IMG/VR virus record: IMGVR_UViG_3300046455_000489
Location: 5,909-69,908 of that record
Strand: one strand, 5' to 3'
From: a virus
Length of the DNA stretch: 64,000 bases
The notes beneath the pieces were generated by a model that saw only the letters and a list, made by a program, of their open reading frames with translations, was not told where the DNA came from and ran no database searches. A program made the position numbers and the translations under genes. Positions 19,192 to 26,609 of the stretch are shown here, piece by piece; the first letter of the stretch is position 1; every line of letters starts with the position of its first letter.

Positions 19192-19845
19192 GTGACCGAC
19201 GCCCACGTCTGCGCCAGCTGCCACGCCAACCTCTGGGACACCGAACTCGCCGCCGGCCGCCACGCCTGCTACCGCTGCGAGGACCAGGCCGCCGAACAAC
19301 TCCACGCCATCCGCGGCATCTTCAAGCGCCTCGACAGCCTCGACGCCCTCACCAAGGTCACCGCAGGCAGCGACGGCCCCCGCGGCGCCAGCCGGGAAGC
19401 GCCCGCCCCGCTGCGCATCGCGATCCTCAACCAGACCGGACCCGGCGGCGTCGTCACCCAACTCCAGTCCGGCATCGAAGACTCCTGGCGTAAGGCTCTC
19501 GGCTGGACCGTCGCCCCCACCCGCCGCCACAGCGACATCGACGGCATCACCGTCTTCCTGATCAACAACTTGCCGTGGGCCTGCGAGCGCTACGACGAAA
19601 TCGCCGACGACCTCAAGACCATCGCCACCATCCACAGCACCCTCAACGGACTGGAGACAGGCGAACGACGGCCCCGCAGCTTCGCCGCCTACTGCGAGAC
19701 CCCCGACTGCGAAGGCCAACTTCGGATCACCCTCTGGACCAGCCGGGCCACCTGCCCCATCTGCGGAACCCGCTACGAGAAGGCCGACATCGGCGGACTG
19801 CGAACCGAACTCGACCCCGACCCCGTCCAGCAGCCCGCAGCATGA
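19192..19845 (+). CDS. Zn-binding protein at end of early operon (candidate late-gene regulator)
   Basis: CxxC pairs at both termini; last early gene before a terminator. Confidence 0.7.
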   Translation: MTDAHVCASCHANLWDTELAAGRHACYRCEDQAAEQLHAIRGIFKRLDSLDALTKVTAGSDGPRGASREAPAPLRIAILNQTGPGGVVTQLQSGIEDSWRKALGWTVAPTRRHSDIDGITVFLINNLPWACERYDEIADDLKTIATIHSTLNGLETGERRPRSFAAYCETPDCEGQLRITLWTSRATCPICGTRYEKADIGGLRTELDPDPVQQPAA

Positions 19846-19882
19846 CGAACGCCCCCGTAGCCAACCCGGCCGCGGGGGCGTT
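19846..19882. terminator. GC hairpin terminator
   Basis: AACGCCCCCG...CGGGGGCGTT between convergent genes. Confidence 0.7.
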
Positions 19883-19891
19883 CTGCTGCGC

Positions 19892-20206
19892 CTAGAAACG
19901 GCCCGTGCAGGCGAGGCAGATCCGAGCCACGCTCCAGTCCGCGAGCGACGCCTGATACCGCTGAACCCCGGCATGCATTGCCGCACCCGAGACCAGACCG
20001 GCCACCGCCACCAGCAACCCGAGCAGGACCGCGCCCGACACCACGAATGCGATCCCCGCCCCGACCGCCAGCAATGCCATCCACGCCTTCACCTCAGGCT
20101 CTGACGGCGGCGCGTACTTCACCCGCAACGGCGACTCCGCCGGCAACGACTGCCAGTAGTGCGACAGCCTCTCGACGTTCGTCGACGAACACGCCTTGCA
20201 CTCCAT
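19892..20206 (-). CDS. Membrane protein with terminal CxxC motifs
   Basis: MECKAC...two TM segments...CLAC; GGAGG RBS. Confidence 0.7.
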   Translation of the reverse strand: MECKACSSTNVERLSHYWQSLPAESPLRVKYAPPSEPEVKAWMALLAVGAGIAFVVSGAVLLGLLVAVAGLVSGAAMHAGVQRYQASLADWSVARICLACTGRF

Positions 20207-20411
20207 GCCAACCTCCGACGCCCACGCCACAGTTGACGGCAGGTTGGCCAGCGCAGAAGACGGCGGCAAGAGCTACTGACGGGTCCGTGAGCGGAGCCAC
20301 AACCCAAACGGCGCGAGGGCCCCACCCGACACAGGCGGAGCCCTCGCGTAGCAGTGCGACTACAGCGCGCTGAGCTCGTACATCCCCGGCAGCCGGCCCA
20401 GTGGCACCCGC

Positions 20412-20555
20412 CTACTGGGCGGGCTGGCCGCTCCCCGGGCACATCTCCCGACTGCCCTGCGGCTGATGCGGCGCCGTCGGATCACCCGGCTCCGCACCCC
20501 CATACGCCCCGCACACCGGGCAGCAGGCCGAGCACTCGACAGGATCGACGCGCAT
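20412..20555 (-). CDS. Small Zn-finger protein (47 aa)
   Basis: Hand translation MRVDPVECSACCPVCG...H...MCPGSGQPAQ; GAGGGAG RBS. Confidence 0.55.
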   Translation of the reverse strand: MRVDPVECSACCPVCGAYGGAEPGDPTAPHQPQGSREMCPGSGQPAQ

Positions 20556-20632
20556 GAGCAGCTCCCTCAAACGACGGAACAGTGCATCGTGCGCAACCCA
20601 CAGTGAGGCAGCCGGCCAGCCGCGGGAAGGGC

Positions 20633-21022
20633 TCAGACCAGGCGCACGAAGGCGCGCTCGCCGTTATGGAAGAACGCTGTCAGGCCGTGGCTAGCCTTGT
20701 CCCCGGCGGCCGACCACACCTCGATGCGCTCCGTATCCACAGGCTCCGCCGCACCGATCAACCCAGCCAGCCAAGCATCAGCCGGACCATCCACCGGCGC
20801 CGCCGAAAACGCGGGCGGACCGGCCTGAACCGCAGCCGTCGGCGAGTCATGCTTCGCACCATCCGCCAACTGCCCGATCACCTGCCAACGCAGCTCCCGG
20901 CCACCCACAGAAACAGCCAGAGCACACGGCTGCTTACCGCCCTCCAACACCTCCACACGCTGCACACCAGGAGTGTTTTTCAGCAGGTCAACCAGGTAGT
21001 CGCGGTAATTCCTCGGGCGCAT
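20633..21022 (-). CDS. Hypothetical protein
   Basis: GAGAGGA RBS; 129-aa ORF. Confidence 0.7.
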   Translation of the reverse strand: MRPRNYRDYLVDLLKNTPGVQRVEVLEGGKQPCALAVSVGGRELRWQVIGQLADGAKHDSPTAAVQAGPPAFSAAPVDGPADAWLAGLIGAAEPVDTERIEVWSAAGDKASHGLTAFFHNGERAFVRLV

Positions 21023-21135
21023 AAGGAGAGTCCTCTCGTGGTGGCCTAGGTCAGCCTAGGGGTGGATGAGCGGGCAGGAGACGGAAGGGCAGGTGATGCG
21101 GGCGAGCCGCCAGCGGAGCCGGTATAGGGGGCCGG

Positions 21136-21906
21136 CTAACGCGGGAATCTGGTCAGCCAGGCAGGCAGCGGCTTGTCGTCCTGGCTGTAGTGCTGCAGCG
21201 CGTACTTGAAGCTGAGTAGGTCGACCTCGCGGACCGACTGCAGGGCCTCGGGATCCTCGCGGCCGAGCTGCGCGAGCGTCTTCTGCCGCTGCTGCCGGTA
21301 TACCTGCGGGCGCTTCCTCTCGAACTGCAGCAGCAGGCGGCGGAGTCGGTCGTCGGGGAGCTTGTCGGCCGCGTCGTACAGCCGCTTCAAATCCGGCGCC
21401 AACTTGCTCTCGCGCGCGACCTCGCCCGCACGAGCGGCAGCGAGCGCGGAGGAATGTTGGTCGCCGGCATCTTCTTCATCCGTACTTCGTCGGTCAGTAC
21501 TTCCTGAAGAGGTACCGCCCGCCGACGTCGCGCTGGCCGACGTGCCGCCCGCCGACGTACCGCGAGCGGTACCCCGGTCCTGTGGGACGTCATAGATCTC
21601 CAGCACGGTCACGAACCGGCCCTTCGCCGCCTTCTCCTTCCGTCGGATGATGTAGCCGGCCACTTCCAATTCGGCGAATGCGGAGCGCAGTCCGCGCCTG
21701 CCCTCGCCGACGACGTCCCCGCGGTGCCGACGGGCCCGGTCCGACAAGGCGTCGGCGTTCGTCTCCCAGCCCTCGGGGCGGGTGAGCAGCTCGGCCAGTA
21801 CGCCCCGCGCGCAGTACGTCAGCCGGTCGTCCCGCAGGGTCGCGTTGGGAAGGATCGTGAAGTTGTCGGCCGGACGCGACCGACGGATCTTCAGCATTCG
21901 CTGCAC
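21136..21906 (-). CDS. Second replication initiator-like wHTH protein
   Basis: NFTILPNATLRDDRLTYCARGVL..RPEGW...ELEVAGYI replisome-organiser N-terminus; internal 15-bp-period repeats. Confidence 0.72.
   Translation of the reverse strand: MQRMLKIRRSRPADNFTILPNATLRDDRLTYCARGVLAELLTRPEGWETNADALSDRARRHRGDVVGEGRRGLRSAFAELEVAGYIIRRKEKAAKGRFVTVLEIYDVPQDRGTARGTSAGGTSASATSAGGTSSGSTDRRSTDEEDAGDQHSSALAAARAGEVARESKLAPDLKRLYDAADKLPDDRLRRLLLQFERKRPQVYRQQRQKTLAQLGREDPEALQSVREVDLLSFKYALQHYSQDDKPLPAWLTRFPR
21511..21574. repeat. 15-bp-period repeats (candidate second ori iterons)
   Basis: GCCGACGT at 21521, 21536, 21551, flanked by GGTACC. Confidence 0.55.
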
Positions 21907-22039
21907 CTCGCGGCGTGAGCGCGCGCCAAAAGAATCATGGGAGTCCTAGGTGTTGCGCGGGCTGCAACGCCCGCTGATCTGCGAAGCGGCCGGACGATGA
22001 TCCGTCCGGCCGCTGTTGTTGCCGTGGGCTGCCAGGTGG

Positions 22040-22357
22040 CTACGCCGCTGCGGCGAGGTCCGTTAGCTCGAACGGCGCAGGGAGGGGCGGCATGGGCACG
22101 CTGTACGCGCTGCCGATCATCGAGCGCGCCACCATCTCTCGCTCCCAACGGTTCTGGCCGGTCGGCATCCGGAGCGCCATACGGCCCTCGTGTACAACGG
22201 CGTAGCCGCACGCAGGCAGCCGCTCTGCGGGGCGCTCTTCCAGTTCCACCCCAAGTTCCGCGAGCAGCTGGGGGAGTGGAGTGTCGAGCAGGTAGTCGGC
22301 GGAGAGAGCCGAGACGGGGGACACAGAGACGGCGGCCTCAGGGGTTGCTAAGGTCAT
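22040..22357 (-). CDS. Hypothetical protein
   Basis: GGAG RBS; LLDTPLPQLLAELGVEL...EREMVARSMIG. Confidence 0.7.
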   Translation of the reverse strand: MTLATPEAAVSVSPVSALSADYLLDTPLPQLLAELGVELEERPAERLPACGYAVVHEGRMALRMPTGQNRWEREMVARSMIGSAYSVPMPPLPAPFELTDLAAAA

Positions 22358-22604
22358 GGGAAGAGCTCCGATCTCAACGGGTTGGGTTCTTGATCAGCGA
22401 GTGGCGACTCGCTTTGATCTTCAGGCCGGGTGGTGGCGACCACCCGGCCTTCTCGTGTTCGAGGGCCTCCCATCTGGCGTTCCACGTGGAAGCTGTGCGT
22501 ACAGTGGTCCGTGGGCACGTGGACATGACCTGGCGGCGGGCGCAGCCCTTCTTGCCGCAGGTCAAGCCTCTGCGTACTTGTGGAACTACTGGACTACGGT
22601 CCGC

Positions 22605-22622
22605 GACCTAGACGTGTAAGTC
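22605..22622. promoter_or_regulatory. Kor operator box 1
   Basis: Imperfect palindrome GACCTAGACGTGTAAGTC overlapping a leftward TTGACT. Confidence 0.7.
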
Positions 22623-22675
22623 AAGCGGGTCGTAAGAACTGCCCTCAAAGGGGCCCGAATGGTGGAGGGAACGGC

Positions 22676-23422
22676 TTGGCTGGGAGCAAGCTCGGGTACA
22701 AGGAGATCGCCGACGAACTGCGCGCACGCATCGAGCGCGGCCAGTACCGTCCCGGCGATCCAATCCCCAGCGAGTCTGAAGTGATGGCGGAGTTCACCGC
22801 CGGGCGTGAGACCGTCACCAAGGCGCTCCGTCTCCTCCGCGACCAGGGCCTCACCGTCGGCGGGCAGGGCAAGCCGGCCACCGTTCGGGACTTCAAGCCG
22901 ATCCGCCGCTACGCCAACGAGCGCCTCTCGCGCGACGTTTGGGGCGGCGGCACCTCCATGTGGGCGGTCGACGTCCGCAACGCGAAGCCCAAGGTGGCCG
23001 GGCTGGAGGTCGACACCTTTGAGGCCTCCGCTCGCGTGGCGGAATCCCTTGGCCTGCGACGCGGGGAGTCTGTAGTCCGCCGCCGCCGCCACTACCTGCT
23101 CGACGGGCGGCCCGTCCTCATGTCCGACTCGTACATCCCGCTCGACCTTGCCGAGGGCACGCCGATCATGGAGCGTGACACCGGCGAGGGCGGGATCTAC
23201 AACCGCCTCAAGGACGCAGGGCACGGGCCAGTGCGCTTCAAAGAGGAAGTCCGCGTGCGCATGCCCAACGCTCGGGAGCTCGCGGTGATGGAGCTCGCGC
23301 CCGGCACTCCCGTCGCCTGCGTCGTGCGCACCGCTTTCGAGGAAGGCGGCCGGGCTGTCGAGGTCAACGAGATGACCCTGGACGGCGGCTCGTACATCCT
23401 GGACTACGTGATCGAGGCGTAG
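22676..23422 (+). CDS. GntR/HutC-family repressor with UTRA domain (KorA/KorSA/TraR-like)
   Basis: YKEIADELRARIERG.Y.PGD.IPSE HTH; UTRA C-domain; TTG with GGAGG RBS; next to tra/spd genes. Confidence 0.88.
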   Translation: MAGSKLGYKEIADELRARIERGQYRPGDPIPSESEVMAEFTAGRETVTKALRLLRDQGLTVGGQGKPATVRDFKPIRRYANERLSRDVWGGGTSMWAVDVRNAKPKVAGLEVDTFEASARVAESLGLRRGESVVRRRRHYLLDGRPVLMSDSYIPLDLAEGTPIMERDTGEGGIYNRLKDAGHGPVRFKEEVRVRMPNARELAVMELAPGTPVACVVRTAFEEGGRAVEVNEMTLDGGSYILDYVIEA

Positions 23423-23439
23423 CGACAGCTGCCTCATCT

Positions 23440-23470
23440 GGGCTCCCACCTAGCGGTGGGGGCCCTTTTT
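23440..23470 (+). terminator. Intrinsic terminator after kor
   Basis: GGGCTCCCACC-TAGC-GGTGGGGGCCC-TTTTT. Confidence 0.8.
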
Positions 23471-23501
23471 CATGCCCGCTTCGACGTGGAACTCGAAGGG
23501 C

Positions 23502-23560
23502 TTGACTTAGACGTGTAGGTCGGCGCACTCTTGGAACACGCCGACCTACACGTCTAAGTG
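23502..23560 (+). promoter_or_regulatory. Transfer-operon promoter with Kor boxes 2 and 3
   Basis: TTGACT-N18-CACTCT; GACTTAGACGTGTAGGTC (23504-21) and inverted GACCTACACGTCTAAGT (23543-59). Confidence 0.7.
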
Positions 23561-23600
23561 GGGAAGGCGGAGCCCATTCCTGCCTACTCCGGGAGCTCCC

Positions 23601-23843
23601 TTGAGCCACGACGCCCCGGCCGCGGACACCGTGGCCGAAGCCCCCCAGTTCTTGAACGCGGCCGAAGTTGCCATTCGGCTCCGCGTCTCCCGTTCCACCG
23701 TCTACAACCTGATCGCCTCCGGCCGGCTCACCGCCCACCGCAACGGAGGCGGCAAGATCCGCCCCCGCGGAGTGCGGGTCCCCGAGGTCGCCGTGACGGC
23801 GTACCTGGCCGACTCCCTCATCGCACCCTCGGAGGTGGCGTAG
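23601..23843 (+). CDS. Excisionase-family (HTH_17) DNA-binding protein
   Basis: FLNAAEVAIRLRVSRSTVYNLIASGRLTAHR. Confidence 0.8.
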   Translation: MSHDAPAADTVAEAPQFLNAAEVAIRLRVSRSTVYNLIASGRLTAHRNGGGKIRPRGVRVPEVAVTAYLADSLIAPSEVA

Positions 23844-23845
23844 CC

Positions 23846-24070
23846 ATGAGCACCGCAACCCCGTCCCTGTCGCTCGCCCCGGCCATCGTCCGTGCCGTGA
23901 CCGTGCATGAGACGGCCGCCCTCCACCGTTCCGCTCTGGCCGAGCTCGCCGAAGCCGGTCAGTTGTCGGACCTGGACGCGGAGGGCTTCGCCGTCGCCGA
24001 GGAACTGATCGCCGGCTCCCGCGCCACCCTCGCCGCGGCCGGGATGCTGTACCTGATCGAGGTGGCCTGA
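23846..24070 (+). CDS. Small hypothetical protein
   Basis: GGAGG RBS. Confidence 0.65.
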   Translation: MSTATPSLSLAPAIVRAVTVHETAALHRSALAELAEAGQLSDLDAEGFAVAEELIAGSRATLAAAGMLYLIEVA

Positions 24071-24282
24071 TGACCGCCTACACCCCGCTGCGTTCCTCGG
24101 GTGAGCCGCAGGCGATGCACGCCCTCCTGGAGTCGGAACTCCAGTGGGCCGGCACGGCTCTTGCCAGGGTGGCCGACGCGAACCTTCACGACCATGACGC
24201 GATGCTCGATGCCGCGGTCGACCTCTATCTCAGGCTGCGGTCGCTCGTTGCCGCGGTCGAGGCTGAGCGAGGCGGTGCGTGA
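24070..24282 (+). CDS. Small hypothetical protein
   Basis: TGATG coupling. Confidence 0.65.
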   Translation: MTAYTPLRSSGEPQAMHALLESELQWAGTALARVADANLHDHDAMLDAAVDLYLRLRSLVAAVEAERGGA

Positions 24283-24437
24283 TGGCGACCGTGACTGAGC
24301 CGCGGATGCCGGCCGAGTTCTCCGACGACCTGGACCAGGCCCTGTACCGGGAGACCCGCACCCAGGTTCCCGCCGAGCAGCGGACGACGTGCCCCGTGCA
24401 CCTCGACTGGACCGACCGCTGCCGCAGCTGGCACTAG
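24282..24437 (+). CDS. Small hypothetical protein (CPVH..W..RC)
   Basis: TGATG coupling; hand-translated 51 aa. Confidence 0.55.
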   Translation: MATVTEPRMPAEFSDDLDQALYRETRTQVPAEQRTTCPVHLDWTDRCRSWH

Positions 24438-24554
24438 CCGGCCCCTGATCGGCCGCGCTGGCGGGGATGACGTTCCCCCGCGGCCCCCGTCAGCGCGGCT
24501 CTCCACCCCGCACCACCCCTTCCCATTCCGTTGATCCACGTGAAAGGCACCCCC

Positions 24555-24779
24555 ATGTCTGTTCTGACCCTCGTCCCGGCCGCCAGTGACCCGTTCGACG
24601 CCGCTGAGGCCGACGTGCGAGCCCGCTACGTATCCGCCTACCTGGCCGACGACCGGGCCGGTGACGTGATCGCCCGCGACTGGACGCTCTACGAGATCGA
24701 GATGTACGACGCCGCGAACCCCGGCCAGCCGCCGCTCATGGACGAGATTCGCAGCCTCGACTACCCGGCCGCCGCCTGA
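24555..24779 (+). CDS. Small acidic hypothetical protein
   Basis: GAAAGG RBS. Confidence 0.65.
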   Translation: MSVLTLVPAASDPFDAAEADVRARYVSAYLADDRAGDVIARDWTLYEIEMYDAANPGQPPLMDEIRSLDYPAAA

Positions 24780-24872
24780 CCGCAACCCCAGCCCCGGCCC
24801 GGCCAGTACGGGCGTCCGCAGCAAAGCAGGCCGGGGCACGCACCACACCCGAACCCGACCCGAGAGGACTCC

Positions 24873-25040
24873 ATGAAGAGGCACTTCACCGCCACCGTCC
24901 GCGATCACCGCACCGGCGAGGTCACCACCGCGACCGGCACCACCACCGTTCCGGACGACAGGCAGGCCAAGGCCGCGATCCAGGACGAGGTCCGCAAGCT
25001 GCCCGGCCGCAAGACCGCCACCGACATCGACCTGTACTGA
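24873..25040 (+). CDS. Small hypothetical protein (55 aa)
   Basis: GAGAGGA RBS; MKRHFTATVRD. Confidence 0.6.
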   Translation: MKRHFTATVRDHRTGEVTTATGTTTVPDDRQAKAAIQDEVRKLPGRKTATDIDLY

Positions 25041-25068
25041 CCTTCAACTCCCGCTAGGAGAGCCCGTC

Positions 25069-25275
25069 ATGCGCCGTCATCCCATTCTCTGGTCGCTGCT
25101 TGTGGCGTTCCTGATGCTCGTCGGCGCATGGCCGGCCGCCGCAGCCCCGATCGGTCTGGCCGGCGCCGGCCTCGGTGTCGTCATCGGTGCGATCCCCCTG
25201 CCGATCCTCGCCCTGGCCGCCGTCGTCGTCTGGGAGTGGCGGCACCGGCACACCCCCAAGCCCGCCACCGCCTGA
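25069..25275 (+). CDS. Small two-TM Spd-like membrane protein
   Basis: AGGAG RBS; hydrophobic; precedes spdB-like gene and traB. Confidence 0.65.
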   Translation: MRRHPILWSLLVAFLMLVGAWPAAAAPIGLAGAGLGVVIGAIPLPILALAAVVVWEWRHRHTPKPATA

Positions 25276-25313
25276 CCACCCACTGACCCTTGAAGGGAGC
25301 GGTTGTGACCGCC

Positions 25314-26609
25314 ATGTCCGTCGAGAAGCAGGTCAACGGCACGTCCGTGGCCTCGCCCGAGCTGCGGTTCGACCCGCGCGCGCTGGCCGAGGCGGAGGCG
25401 ATCCGTACCCGAGCCGCCGCCGAAGCCGACGCGGTGCGCACCAAGGCCGAGGCCGAGGCTGAAGCAGAGAAGATCCTCGCTGTCGAGAAGGCGGAGAAGG
25501 AGCGCATCGCCAACGAGCGTGCGGCGATGCGCCTGGAGAAGGACAAGGCCGACCACCGGGCGCACCTCGCCAAGAAGGCCGCCGAGACGGCCAAGGCGAA
25601 CGCGGAGGAGGAGAAGGGCAAGAAGGCCGCCGCCGAGAAGGAGGCAGCCGAGTCGAAGCATGTCGCTGAGCAGCAGCGCTCCGAGCAGTGGTGGAAGTGG
25701 GGCGCCCGCAGTATCTACGCGGTCGGCCTGGTGATCGCCGCACCGGTGCAGCTGATCCACTTCTGGGACCCGGCGCGCAAGTTCCTCATCGCGGCCCCCG
25801 TCCTCCTGGAAGGCCTGGCCCTCGTCCTGGCGTTCGGTGCCACATGGGCGGTCGCCCATCGCCGGGACGTCGCCCCGTACCGGGTCGGCATCATGCTCGG
25901 CGCCGCCATCGCCGCCGGCATCAACATGTACGGCGGCCTGTCCGACGACCGGATCGGCTTCAACGCCGGCCTCATCGGCGCCATCGCCTCACTCGGCGGG
26001 CCGATCGTTCTCATGGCCTACGAGCACGGCATCGCCCAGAAGGCCGACGGCATCCCGTCCTGGCGAGAGCGACGCAGCGCCGACAAGGCCGCGGAGGCGG
26101 AGGCCGCTGCCGTCGAGCGGGCGCGCCTGGAGAAAGAGGCGGCCGAAGCTGCTGCGGCGGCCGAGAAGAAGGCCGCGCAGGAGCGTGCCGAGGAGGAGCA
26201 GCGTCGCCGCGACGACGACCGGCGCGAGGGTCACCCGGAGGTTTGGAAGACCGCCGAGGCGATGCGTTCGGCGCGCGGCTCGCAGTACGTCACAGAGCAG
26301 ATCTGGGCCGAGGCCTGGTACCGCAAAACCGGCTCGAAGCTCGTCGGTGTGACCGCCGAAATTGAGGCCGAGTCGCGCGCCGCGCAGGCCCGCATGCAGA
26401 ACGTCACCAGCACACCGATTATCGGTGAGTTTTCCCTGATCGAATCCCAAAAGGGTCCCCGCGAGAAGCGTGACCCCAACGCCCCCGACGGGCGCCGCAA
26501 CAACGGCGGCACCCCGCCCGTCCGCCGGGCTGGCGAAAGCGCCCCGCACCACCCCCTCGCACGCAAGCAGGCGTCCGTCGAGCAGACCACCGAGAAGGAC
26601 TCGAAGTGA
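25314..26609 (+). CDS. SpdB2/DUF2637-like multi-pass membrane spread protein
   Basis: Coiled coil, four TM segments, coiled coil and basic C-tail; overlaps traB start. Confidence 0.7.
   Translation: MSVEKQVNGTSVASPELRFDPRALAEAEAIRTRAAAEADAVRTKAEAEAEAEKILAVEKAEKERIANERAAMRLEKDKADHRAHLAKKAAETAKANAEEEKGKKAAAEKEAAESKHVAEQQRSEQWWKWGARSIYAVGLVIAAPVQLIHFWDPARKFLIAAPVLLEGLALVLAFGATWAVAHRRDVAPYRVGIMLGAAIAAGINMYGGLSDDRIGFNAGLIGAIASLGGPIVLMAYEHGIAQKADGIPSWRERRSADKAAEAEAAAVERARLEKEAAEAAAAAEKKAAQERAEEEQRRRDDDRREGHPEVWKTAEAMRSARGSQYVTEQIWAEAWYRKTGSKLVGVTAEIEAESRAAQARMQNVTSTPIIGEFSLIESQKGPREKRDPNAPDGRRNNGGTPPVRRAGESAPHHPLARKQASVEQTTEKDSK

Noticed and set aside
22374-22565. 63-aa minus-strand ORF
   Set aside because: No RBS, atypical composition, and it spans a strong hairpin; more likely the leader of 22040-22357.
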